A stretch of 56,311 bases of DNA, the filler included, from Sluysia triapertura (taxonomy: Eukaryota): the NCBI GenBank assembly GCA_046118255.1. It is 4 parts of 4 records of this genome, joined end to end, with 100 filler letters (N's around TTAATTAATTAA, not from the genome) between each part and the next. Parts side by side here need not be neighbours in the genome. Positions count along the whole stretch, not along the records: positions 26,388 to 38,337 come from JBJNIA010153604.1; positions 38,438 to 56,311 come from JBJNIA010184390.1; 2 more parts are not named here. One strand, given 5' to 3'. Within the stretch, counting starts at the first letter, position 1; each line of letters starts with the position of its first letter. A model generated the notes under the pieces. The model was not told where the DNA came from. It saw nothing but the letters and a program-made list of their open reading frames with translations, and made no database searches. A program made the translations under genes and the position numbers. Below, one piece after another: positions 27,460 to 39,345 of the stretch.

Positions 27460-27682
27460 GTAACAACATTAATTTCCTTCTAATTCTTTTCCATTTAAAT
27501 CAATTTTTTGCTTTATCTGCATCAAATGCGTTTTCGAAAGTAACAAAGCCGAATCCTTTTTATCCTTTTTTATTAAAAATAATTTCCAAATCAAGAATTA
27601 CATCATGGTCTTTCAAGTGTTGTTTTAAATCCATTTAACGGTAGCTGAATGGAATATTTGATATATGCATTCTTTTAGGGTC
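27460..27682 (-). pseudogene. RBFOX/Fox-1-type RRM pseudogene, intronless
   Basis: [57 protein letters not shown](fs)DLNGKELEG versus RBFOX [45 protein letters not shown]; two stops and a frameshift. Confidence 0.88.
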
Positions 27683-28259
27683 ACTTATTCGACTTACATA
27701 ATTCAAGTGATAGTTTTCGTTTAATAAATTCATTAAGTATAAGAATAAAATTGTTGTTTTCTAATTGATAATTATTTTTTATTTTTTTTTAAATTGATTT
27801 ATAGCACCATTTAACTAATAGTTGTCCATCTAAGTGTCTCTAATTTCTATTTTAAGTAATCTGTATCGCTTTTTAAAATTTTTACTCACTGTCTGGTTTT
27901 AATTCTATCGCTAAAATTGTGACTAATGATAAAATTAAATTAACTTTTGTAATTTTCAACTTTGTTTTTCACTCTCATTGGATGACGAGTCAAATCAGTT
28001 GTTCAATAATCGATTGAGATTTTTAATTAACAGCAGCTGTCATTAGTCGACAGTTAACATGATAATTTGAATTGTATTTAATTAAAACTGTCGGCTAATG
28101 ACAGGTTGTCTGAANNNNNNNNNNNNNNNNNNNNNNNNNNNNNNNNNNNNNNNNNNNNNNNNNNNNNNNNNNNNNNNNNNNNNNNNNNNNNNNNNNNNNN
28201 NNNNNNNNNNNNNNNNNNNNNNNNNNNNNNNNNNNNNNNNNNNNNNNNNNNNNNNNNNA

Positions 28260-28942
28260 AACTGCATGAACTTTATATATGTTTCTCTTCTTTACATAAA
28301 ATTCTTTCTTTACATGACAAAATCTTTCAATAATATTAGTAAAATGTAACAAATAATGATAAAATAATTGAACTGAAAACGCATAAAGGAAACATAACAT
28401 TCTCTTTCTTTGTATCTTTTATTTCGTAAAATTTAAAATACATAAGCAAACAATACAAACATAAATTTCTTTTGTGGAAACAGCTCTCTTTCTTAAAAAT
28501 AAAGATCTTTATTACTTTTTTTCTTAAACTAAAAGTTGTGTGTAACTATTTCTTGAAATTAATATTCTTTTATGAAATGGTGAAAATGTAGAGAATGTTA
28601 TGGAAAGAATAAAATTTGTAAAATTAATAAAATTGGAAATATAAGAAGAAGTTCCTTTTTGATTATAATGTTTAAAATGTTTTGAAATGTGAATTTAATG
28701 TTTTTTAATGATGTTAAAGAATGAATGTTTAACAATTGTGAACTAAAAATGTTTTAGATTAAATTTGAAATTTATGTTTAATGGTTTTAGATGTAATTAT
28801 AATTTTAATGTTATGAGATTGTGAATTTAAAATGTTTAAAATGTAAAAGGATTTTAATGAATCTGAAAACTGAAATATGAAATGTTAAGAAAAGTATGTA
28901 TAAAAAAGATTTAAATTTTGAATAAAAAGTTTTGTCACCACA
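28260..28942 (-). mobile_element. LTR-like terminal segment of the CCCH element family, copy C
   Basis: Begins TGTGGTGACAAAAC; homologous to 19740-20301. Confidence 0.7.
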
Positions 28943-29559
28943 GTTATGCTAAATGAAATCATAAAGTAAGTAAAATATATAATTCTATATCGAGTAAACT
29001 ACTAAATTTTAAAAAAATGAATGTTTCTTAAAAGTTTTTACATAAACTTTATTTCTACAATCGTAATTGTATTAATTTTGCTATAGTTTAAATAAAGTTT
29101 TTTCTTCTTATTTGAGTTCATTATTGGGGATTGAAAGATAAGATCGTAAGCAATCGAAATTTGCACTTCCATCCTGTCATCAAAATGAGTATTAACTTAA
29201 GAATCTAGAATAAATTTAGAGTAACAGAAGAAAGTTGAACAATAGTTTTTAATTGAATTATAGAAAGGAAATAATAAAAATATAAGAACACAATTTAAAC
29301 CAAGATAAAATAAAGATTAAATTTACTTAAAATATTTTTACACTGGTGAGGATACAGACGGATTGAAGTTTTTAAAATATTAAATAAGTATATAAATATT
29401 ATAAGTTTCAACAAAAGAGGCTTAAAATAATATATAGGTATTAATGTAAAGTTTTCTATTTGTACACAAATTTTATATTTATACACAGGTTTATATTTTT
29501 TGTACACAAGTGTGTATCAGGATTGGTACTAGTCATCATATTGATTCTGATAAAGATAA

Positions 29560-30900
29560 AAAGGATAGGTGAATAAATAAAAATAAATGAATGAACGTGC
29601 AATAAGCTGAGCCCAAATGACGGAACTTATATCGGCCATGAATCGTTCTTTGCTTAATTAAAATTTAAAGATAAAAAAATCCTCAAATGAAAATAAGCTT
29701 TTAGATTTTATTGCCGAATATAATGAAGAAACAGAATCCTTAAGATGGATTACAAAGGAAAAATGTTTAAAATTTGCTTCAAGACGCCCATCAAATGTAT
29801 TCAAATTCATCCCAGCGTAAGAAAAAAATGACTTAAATTTTAAAATTGATTTTAGTGCTTTTGTTGGGATTGCCCAATTCTGGATCAAGAGATAAGAGAG
29901 AAACATAGAGTACCATAAAATGAAGGAAGAACTAATACAAAGTGATGGATTGAACATTATAAACATTGACGAAGATGAACACACGTATGGTAATGTTAAC
30001 AGCTGAAGAATACCTTGGAGTTTCAAAGAGTGCTGAAACCCCTGGAAGAGTGAGATAGGTTTGGAAAAATTTAGAAGTATTAGGGTATCTATAAACTTCT
30101 GAACCTTGAGGTCATTTAAGGCCTTATTGACCTTTAAGTAATTTTTAAACCTTGATAAGCATTTTCGTAACCTTATAGAGTAGTTTAAATCCTTAAAATA
30201 CTTGAGAATAAAAATCATTGTAACTAATAATTAAGATAAATTTGATAAAAGAACGTTTTTATGAATAACGTTTTAATGCGGAATGCTATGCTAAAGTTGA
30301 AACTGTCTATGTATTTGTCTTAAAAAGACCTTTCGGTGAAAATATTGTTTGACCGAGTTCATGCAATGAAAGCCTTAATTTTTAATTATGGAATGTTGAA
30401 TATGATATGATTGCTATGAAAGAGGGGAATCTAGAAGTGAATGGTTTGTTTGAGAATACGAACTTTAAACATTTTCCATAAGAAAATTGGGTGTGAAATA
30501 TCAAAAATCAATTGAATTCAAAAAGCTAAAATAAAATTCATTATTTTTCTGCATGTTAACAATACTGGTGACTATTATTTTAATGTGAAAATTAAGTGAA
30601 ATAAAAGTAGGTTGAATAGAGTAAAGAAAAATAATAGATGATCATAAATCAATTTTTGTATTCTCTATCTCGTAAAGTTTGATAAACCGTGCCAAGTAAC
30701 TGTCATTGTTATTATTCTCAAAGAATGTTGTAACGATTTGTGTGAGAGAATGTGTGATTGTAAACCTTAAAAGTGATTGGATAGTGAAAAAGTGTGAAAT
30801 TAGTATTGGAAATTTTACACTCATTAAGAATATCAATCGTATTACCAAATAGAGGTCAGTGTTGATTCCATAATATAGTAAAATTTTTGATTTTTTAATG
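29560..30900 (+). repeat. Dispersed repeat (possible gag-like 5' relic); inverted copies at about 35240-35700, 36270-36830 and 38580-38750
   Basis: Shared blocks AAGAATACCTTGGAGTT, AACTTCTGAACCTT, TTCTCAAACAAACCA and CATGAACTCG; decayed frame LLDFIAEYNEETESLRWITKEKCLKF. Confidence 0.6.
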
Positions 30901-31559
30901 TACAATATAATTTCATTTATGATAATAAATTAAAATTACAAATAAATATAAATTAAATATCGTTTTCATTTAATATTATATTAAAATATTTATTTATTTA
31001 TCATTGCAAAAGGAATTCCCACATTTTTTCAAATAAATACTTCTAAGAAATCCCTAATTTTTTTATTTTTGGGCGACTCCCTGTTCAATTTTTTCCAAGA
31101 AATATTAGATTTTGATAAATTATTAATTATTATTATTTAGGTAAATTTAAATTAGAATCATTTTTTGAATTTTGGAATAATCCCTGCTCAAATTGTTTCT
31201 AAGGAGATATTAGAATTTCTTTTAGAGTGTAAAATTTTCTTTGGGAAATTATTACTAGTTTCGTCACCACTGCTTTTAGTGTATCGATAAGGTAGTAGCA
31301 TTCCATTCATTTGATTCTCATAATTTACAAATACAGATTTAATCTAAACTTGTAATTTGATATAATAATTTATTGTGAATACCGAATTTCATCTTTTTAT
31401 GATTCCTTAGTAATTGTTTTATTGGAATATATATTTTTTCTTGTTTTGATTTGTAATATATACACATTTTGGAATTAATACTGCACGAATTTTAGATTTA
31501 ATCTAACAAAAAGCGCAAGACTTTAAGCTTTAAATTTGGTGCCATTAAGATTTCCTGAA

Positions 31560-32620
31560 GGAATTTAATTATATCTTCATTATACTTAATAATAATTATT
31601 TTATTGTTATTCTTAATGTTAATTACTTCATCTTTACCATAGTGATTTAAGGCACTTTAAGTCATACTTAATATTACTAGTACAAAAAATAAATTGTAAT
31701 AAAATACATTCATATTAATGTCCTAATATCATATTTAGGTTGTTGAGTGTAAATAAATGTTCACATCTAATCACACCTTTCTCTATTGTATTTGCAGAAG
31801 GAACTAATGTTCGTTATTACGCAAATGGTTGAGTGCAATACAGAGTGTGTGAACAATATATACCGTAAGACATTCTCCAAACCTAGCTTCAACATTTACT
31901 TAAGTATCATCACCAAAGTGACACCTTAATTTGATTTTTTTATAAAATGTATTTTGTGAAAGAGTGTTACATGAATATTAAATGTAATCACTGATAAAAG
32001 TGTTTCACACTTTCTATATTTAAAGCAGTTTTTAAATCACAGTATTTTGATTTATAAATTTCGTTAAATAAACTCTTGTATTCCATATTTAAATCAGTCA
32101 ACAAAATATTATTTACTATACTTAATTTTAAAGTTTTAGAAGTTTTTATACTTATTAATAACAATATTTGACATACGAACAAACGTAGGTGATAACGGAT
32201 TACATAAAGTAGATTCTGTTGTACTAGAAGGTACCTTTTTGATTAAGCACGTGTCAAAGCATTCTTTAATTCGTCTACATAACATTAAGCAGCAACACGG
32301 CTATCTTTCACAAGTGTAGCAGTAACTTTAGACCTATCAGCACCATTTCGAAGAGATTGGAGCCTATCAAGCAACATACTATGCAGATCTTTCCAACTGG
32401 GTTTCTCACGAGTTCCTACATAATTTAAATTAACATACTTTCTACGAAATTTATAATAAATTCTTTTTTAAATTTTCTCAGTTAAATTTAAATAAATGCT
32501 TCGCAATATGTTCTCGACAAAGTTATATCATTTTCTAAGTAATAAACAAAACTGTCTTTAAACATATTCCGATGCATCAGGAACCTGTAATACTTTCGGC
32601 TGATTTATATTTTCGTTATT
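31560..32620 (-). pseudogene. Heavily decayed coding relic, possible fourth CCCH-family copy with a gag-like upstream part
   Basis: Fragments FGEC(fs)YGIYCSHT near 31840-31885; FFVLVILSMT*SALNHYGKDEV resembling FFE*VVILSK*I*NILFNEGNNEI of copy A; and EKPSWKDLHSMLLDRLQ near 32355-32410. Confidence 0.35.
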
Positions 32621-34169
32621 AATTTAGGAATTTTTACTAAAATATAGATTACAATATTATAATAAAAATATATACTTAAAACTTTTTAAATTAAAACTAA
32701 ATTAATAAAAATTACATTAAAATACACCATATTCTAATTTATTATTGTTTATTATCTCTTCCTATGTGACATAAATCTGCGGCATCACCACTTTTCATAA
32801 TTTTCAAAACAGATACAATTTACATAAATCGAGACAAAACAATTATAATAAATAAAAATAGAAGGATAGAAAGACTGCAAAAATAATATGATGACAATGA
32901 TGTTTTATATAATAGAAACATTAAATTTTAGATTATAGTTGCGTACATGTTGATGTAAGTATTATTATTAGTGTTAGAGTGTAAATATGTATAAATCTGT
33001 AAAATTTTTTTGTTTTATGATTAATTATTATTATATATTAATACTTATTATAAAAAATTACATTTAAATTAAATTAAAATGGAATTTAAATAAGTTAAAT
33101 AATTGACAAATTGATTAAATTATTTTAGAAAATTAATAAAGTAACTATTTTGTTTAAATTAATAAAGTAATTTTTGTTTTAATAAATTATTTTTTAGAAT
33201 ATTAATAAAGAAGATATTAATAAAAAATATTTTTGTTTTAAATAAATTATTTTTAGAGAAACCGTATTGAAGATAAATTTAATATAAATAGAAGATAAAA
33301 TCATAGATAAATTTAGAATTTTTTAAAGTTAAAACTTGAAGAAAACGGCAGAAATTTTGAAGCGAGATTTTGTTTTTAGAAGAATAAATTTAAAGAAGAG
33401 TTCCTGACTAAAATTTTGAATTCAAATTCCATGTCAAAGTAATTAAATTTTTCATAAGTGTTAACCGTTTCACTCTATAAGGAAACGTAAAAACTACTCA
33501 AAATCATTTTTATTTTAATGTAACACTTTAATATGGGTTGCGAAAATTCATTTCTAAAATCTTGTAAAACGGCCACCGAGGTTGAATTCGTTAGCTAAAT
33601 TATTATTTATATTACAATTTTTTATAAGAATTCTTAGAATTAATTTTTATTTCTGTCGATTAATATACCTTAAGAGTGTTTTTAATCAATAGTTTAATGT
33701 AAAGTACAATTGACATGATTATCGTGATTAACTTACAATTGATATGACGTGATTAAATTATTATTTGTGCATACAATTGATGTGATTAACATAAACATTT
33801 GTGTAAGCATTGATTAATTTTATTGTAATTATTGATTTTTATTTTATTTTAAATTTTGAAGTGAACAATTTTGGAATTAATTTAATTGATTTAATTTTTG
33901 AATTGGAATTAATTTAATTTTTAAAGGTAAGCATTATTCAAATATTTAATTCAATATTTATTTAATATTTAATTGTTTAAATTTAAAAGCCAAGGTCGTA
34001 AATTTTATACATTATCACAAATTTTTACACAATAGAATTTATACGGATTTCACAAGTTTTAACAAGTGTTTGGGATACAGTTGCACACCGCTGTATATTA
34101 TTTCAGATCAACTTTAATCAGTCTTGGCTTTTAATAAATTATTTTGTAACATTAGTTTATTTCATTTTA

Positions 34170-34835
34170 AGGTTCGATATTAAAACAGTATCTTCGTAAA
34201 ATATACTTAAAATACATTTAGTAAAATACTTTGAGACTTTTAACAGTTTCATGCAAAATCCATTTTTAAACTGAATTGCCTAAAAATTTAATTAACTAAT
34301 AGTTAATTAACGAAAAATTTTATAAATTTATTATCGATTATATTTTATTTAATAAATATACCTTCACGAAAAAGGTCTTTATTATTATTGAATAGATATT
34401 AATTTTCATAGTTTTAAAATACGTAAATTTATCACTATAAGTAAAGTTTTAGTCAAATTATAATTTTGACCACGTAAAAGCATTTATCTCAAACACAAAT
34501 CCTTTTAATAGAATTTCAGTAAAATCATTTATAAACGACTTTTATTGTTATAATTAAAATTACAAACGGGTTTCAGTGCTATAACTAAAATACCTCCAGA
34601 TTCTAGATTTAATTACTGTGAAATGTCCTTATAAATTTGAAAATGAATTAAATATACACAGACCTTGACTTTAGAGCATTTGTAAACTTAAGAAAATATT
34701 AAGATATTTTCCTTAGTGAAAATCCTTTCAATTATATCTATAAATCCAACAGCTAGCCCTAACTGGTAGGCCTAGTACGTTGGTGGACTCACGTTAAAAT
34801 CCTACTTTATTCTATCTTCTTTTTCATTCCCACAG
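34170..34835 (+). mobile_element. LTR fragment of the same family, no recognisable PBS
   Basis: CTAGCCCTAACTGGTAGGCCTAGTACGTTGGTGGACTCAC near 34755-34792 is a diverged reverse complement of the conserved LTR block at about 44190 and 46172. Confidence 0.65.
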
Positions 34836-35355
34836 TATTATTTGTTAGATATTACTTTTTCTTTTAGCACGGATTATTGTGTATTTAACATTATTATAAA
34901 AGTTATTATTAATTTTTTTTAATTGTTATCATTTTTAGTTGTCTCATTTATATTATTGTTAAAGCGGAGATTTAACAGAATTTGTATTTGAATTTTTTGT
35001 AATTAGTATAACATTGAGTTTTGTTAATTTGAATTAAAGAATCTAACCTCTGTTGGGGTTGAATAGTTATTGTTACTATTTAAATTTAAATTTAAATTTA
35101 TTTTGATAAGTACTGAAAATATTAGGATTCCGTTTAAGTAAATTAAACTATTACTGACTTATTGTAACAGTTTAATTCAAAGGAGCAACAAAATAACAAT
35201 CATTATTATTGTTAAGATACATAAAAATAATGAATTTAATTGATTTTCGGTTTTTCACACCAAATTTTCTTATAGAATATATTTAAGGTTTTTATTCTCA
35301 AACAAACCACTCTAAAGACACTTCAAACTTATTGATAGATTTTCCTCTTTCAAAG

Positions 35356-35509
35356 TGTTAGACGTCAAAATGAAATGACCGGTAATCGAACCCGGACTCT
35401 CGCTGCGCAATTCGATTCACTATCCATGAGCCATCAGCCATGTCTAACAATTTTATTATGTTATAGTCACTATTACTGTCATAATTCTACATGGCACTTT
35501 ACCTCAACA
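35356..35509 (-). mobile_element. 154-bp solo LTR containing a tRNA-like sequence, degenerate 4-bp TSD
   Basis: TGTTAGAC...CCTCAACA termini; flanks AAAG/GTAG versus a single ATAG at the paralogous empty site (30414-30417, minus); A-box-like TGGCTCATGG and B-box GGTTCGATTACC on the minus strand. Confidence 0.75.
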
Positions 35510-36053
35510 GTAGCAATCATATGATATTCAATTCATTATATTTTCATCATTCTGAGTATTAAAAATTCAACATTCCATAATTAAATTTTGACTGCTCAAT
35601 ATTAAGGCTTTCATACATGAACTCGTCAAACCATAACTTCATCGAGAAGTTTTTGATTAAAATGATTTTAAAACATTTCAAACATCTTATCATTTAAAGC
35701 CTCAACATTTTTATATTAGTACAACATGCACCGAATTAAATTAACTTTTACAAAAACAAATTTGTCAAATTAAATGAATCAGATGACTATGCAAGTGTTT
35801 CGTTTAAAAACTTTGAAATAAATTTCAATTTATTCTCTTAGTTTGACTGACACACTTTTATTTTTGCACACTTAGCAAAATGGCTTATCTTATTGTGAAT
35901 TCACCTAACGAGTCCGATCTATATTTATTGATGGGATTGATAGGATTGTGCTAAAAAGTAAATTATACTTAGTTAAACCATGGATAAGGAACCAACTACA
36001 GACTAAATCAGTCTCAAGGGTTACACAACGTTTAAAATCGCCACTTTTTATGC

Positions 36054-36202
36054 TGTTAGACTTCATTAAATGGACTGACCAAGATTCTAACCCGGGACCT
36101 CTCGCTTCACATCTGTGCTCTGACCACTGATCTACCAGCGCTGTCTAACAACTTTAGAATATCATAGTCAATTATACTATCATTATTTTAAATGGCACTT
36201 TA
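36054..36202 (-). mobile_element. Second, truncated copy of the tRNA-containing LTR
   Basis: Same TGTTAGAC..GTCTAACA..ATGGCACTTT layout. The minus strand reads CTGGTAGATCAGTGGTCAGAGC...GGTCCCGGGTTAGAATCTTGGTCAG and is followed by GCATAAAAAGTGGCGA (possible PBS relic). Confidence 0.7.
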
Positions 36203-38010
36203 GGCGCTTATTTCAAGATTTTGCTCAAAATTCTTTGTAAATTTCTTTTTACAAAATTATTTGTAAAATATTCATCGCATGAACTCGGTTAAACCTTATC
36301 TTTATCAAAGGATCTTTTTAAAACTCATACATACTCAGTTGAAATTTTAACACAGAATTCCCTATTTAAAGTCATTCACACAAACGTTATTTTTCGTAAT
36401 TGAGTTAATTAAGCTTTTAATTAATTTATTAATTACTTTGACTTAATTTTTTTTGTGTTTAAAGGTTTTATTGTGTTTGTAAAGTTGTTAGATACTTTGG
36501 AAAATTTTCAGGATGTTCTATATGTTTTCATCTTCACCATTCTGATTCCTTTTTCTACTTTTTATGTTACTATTAACGTCTCAAATTTTAGTTCCTGGAA
36601 ATATTTTTAAATGGTTCCTCGAGGATTCAAAAAGGTTATCAAGGTCTCAAATGAATCTAAGGTTCAGAAGTTCAAAGGTACCTTTACACTTTAAAAAATC
36701 TTTCTAAACCCTTCGTAAGCCTTCATAGATGTCATAATACCCTATAAAGTCTTTGGAACTCCAAGGTATTCTTTGGTTTCAAAATGATTATAAACATTTT
36801 CTTCATCATTCTTGCTCTTGAAATATTTAATTATTATGTTACATCTTTATTTAAAATTATTAACAATAACTCAATAATTAAATTAGCTAAAAAATTTCGA
36901 TATATTTTCAGAAATCGTAAAATAGGTACAAATTATTTATTATTCTTTAATTGCAACAAACTCTCAATGTTCACAGAATGAATATAAATTCTAATTATAA
37001 ATTAGAGTCTTTACAAATTCAATAAACAAGGTCTACACTGTTCCGACTTAAATAAATAATAAGAATAATACAATATTAATTTACTTTATTTAAACAAAGT
37101 CTTACATGATTTCTATATTCACAAGATTAAGTATAACTAATCACAAATTTTCTTATTTTTATAATGACATTTATTCAACCAAAAAATTACTTCCTTAATT
37201 TAAAATAATAACAAGGTGTCAATAATATAATAATTAAAAAATCAAATCCAAGCATTATTAAAAGTCTCCGCTTAAACTAATATAAGAAAATAACTAAAAT
37301 GAAAAATGACTAAATTTCGAAGTTAACAATAAAATTTATACAATATTACGACCACAAAAATCTATTGAAAGTGTAGGGAATTCATCACACAAAACTCATC
37401 AAAGTTCATCATATGAAAACACTTCACATGTACACAGACTATTAAACAAATTACTAAACTCATTCAAAAAACAAACATGATCATCACACCTAATTATCAT
37501 AAACTACAGTTATTATTATTATTATTATTACAATTCAACTCGTATTAAAATATATTAAAAAAATTATTGTTATATAATATGATTATCAAGTAATAACTTT
37601 TATAATAACTTTCATAATAAATTTCGACATCAACAATTCAGTATTAATAAATATGTTAACCACATAATTGTTATCATTGTTGTTGTTCCTTTTATCCCTA
37701 TTGTTGTCAGTGCTTTATTATTATTTAACTTTGGATTTATTTCTTTGTTTCCTGACATTGAGATCGCCTTTGTTATTCTACCATTTCTTCTCTTATTTGA
37801 AAAATATTTTTATACAGAAATGGAATATTTTGCGCTATTCGTCGTTTTTCGTATTCAATTTTAAACTAGATGTAAATGAAACTTGAATACACTAATGAAA
37901 AGTTTATTGTTGGTATTTATCACGCAAAGGAGTCAGAATTTCAAATAATATTTCGGTTTATGTGCAGCAGAAGACTATTACAGGGTTGAAGATTACAAAG
38001 GATTAGTAGA

Positions 38011-38337
38011 GCTTACTACAAAATTTCCCTAGAAATCGAAGATTTTGAATCAGCGTATTTAGCCTGTGAAGCCTTAGGTCGTTTATATCGACACTTGAAA
38101 GAGTACGACGATATTTAGAAATATTTGCCAATACTGCTGAACAACACTTATACAAAGAATACCATAGTAGAGCTTGCCGTGCACTTGGTGATGTTTATAA
38201 TGAAATGGGTGAATTTAACAAAGCTTCGGCATTTTTTGCACAATCTTTCGGTATGTCACGTGACGGAGTTAATAAGAATACTAATCATATTGATGAAGCT
38301 AGAATACTGTTTGGTGTTTCACGTGGTAATAATTTAG
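38011..38337 (+). pseudogene. TPR-repeat gene fragment resembling TTC29, frameshifted, running into an assembly spacer
   Basis: AYYKISLEIEDFESAYLACEALGRLYRHLKEYDD(fs)YLEIFANTAEQHLYKEYHSRACRALGDVYNEMGEFNKASAFFAQSF..IDEARILFGVSRG; recalls TTC29 ACEA..LGDIYNEKG.YNKAS..F.Q.F..DE....G. Confidence 0.7.
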
Positions 38338-39185
38338 NNNNNNNNNNNNNNNNNNNNNNNNNNNNNNNNNNNNNNNNNNNNTTAATTAATTAANNNNNNN
38401 NNNNNNNNNNNNNNNNNNNNNNNNNNNNNNNNNNNNNTAATAAAAATAACGTTAATAAAAATTATTTTAATAAAATAATAAATCAATAAATAAATGAAAA
38501 CTCAAAAATGTTACTCTGTGCATGGATCTTCATTGATGCTACATTACTATTGTTCTTGTGTGTAAAAAAATTTAACATCTTTATTTTATACTCTCTCATC
38601 ATCCAATCACTCCACAATCTCACAACAAAACACTCTCTCAAACAAATCATTCAAACCTCTTTGAGAATCATACCGACAATAACAACTTTTACAACTACAT
38701 GGTACGGTCTGTCAAATTCCATTAGATACAAAACATAGAAATCTGATTTATTATCTGTAAATATTAAAAGATTTAAAAGATTTAGACAACATTAATAAAT
38801 CTGGAAAATAAAATTTTAATTAATTATTTGAGTTAATTAAAAAGTACAAAATTTCAATTAATTATAAGTTAATTAAAAAGTACAAAGTGTATATTATTAT
38901 AAGAAAATCAAAACATTAGATAAAAAATTTTTTCACTTGTTTAATGACTACATTAGATAAAAAATTAATAGATAAAAAATTCAACCTTTAATTAACAAAG
39001 ATAAAATTAAATAAACTAAATCTTTTAAATTAAAATTTAATTAAAAATTTTTCTTTAACTATTTTACTAATTTAATCTAAATCTTTTAATTTAATCAAAA
39101 GTGAACGTATACATAAATAGCTGAAAATTGATTAACTACACACAACGAAAATATTTATAAATCTTAAATAACTTTTGGCGAGAAC

Positions 39186-39345
39186 GCTCGTGAAATATTT
39201 TTGGAATCGAAATTTTTTAACGGAGAATTGCTCGTGAAATATTTTTGGAATCGAGGTTTTTAAACGGAGATTTGCTCGTGAAATATTTTTGGACTCGAGA
39301 TTTTTAAACGAAGATTTGCTCACAGAATATTGTTGGAATCGAGAT
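39186..39345. repeat. Minisatellite, 44-bp unit, about 3.6 copies
   Basis: Units start at 39186, 39230, 39274 and 39318; consensus GCTCGTGAAATATTTTTGGAATCGAGATTTTTAAACGGAGATTT. Confidence 0.9.

Noticed and set aside
28082-28400. ORFs spanning the N gap
   Set aside because: Artefacts of unknown bases.
29658-30218. 186-aa minus-strand ORF
   Set aside because: Antisense shadow of a dispersed repeat; no recognisable motif.
31258-31272. GTGGTGACGAAAC (minus) as another LTR start of the CCCH family
   Set aside because: Similarity does not extend beyond about 14 bp.
35365-35440. Functional tRNA gene (also 36070-36140)
   Set aside because: The anticodon arm is not well formed and the sequence lies within a TG..CA insertion.
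39186-39345. Regularly spaced repeats resembling a CRISPR array
   Set aside because: Head-to-tail 44-bp units with no unique spacers, eukaryotic context and no cas genes.
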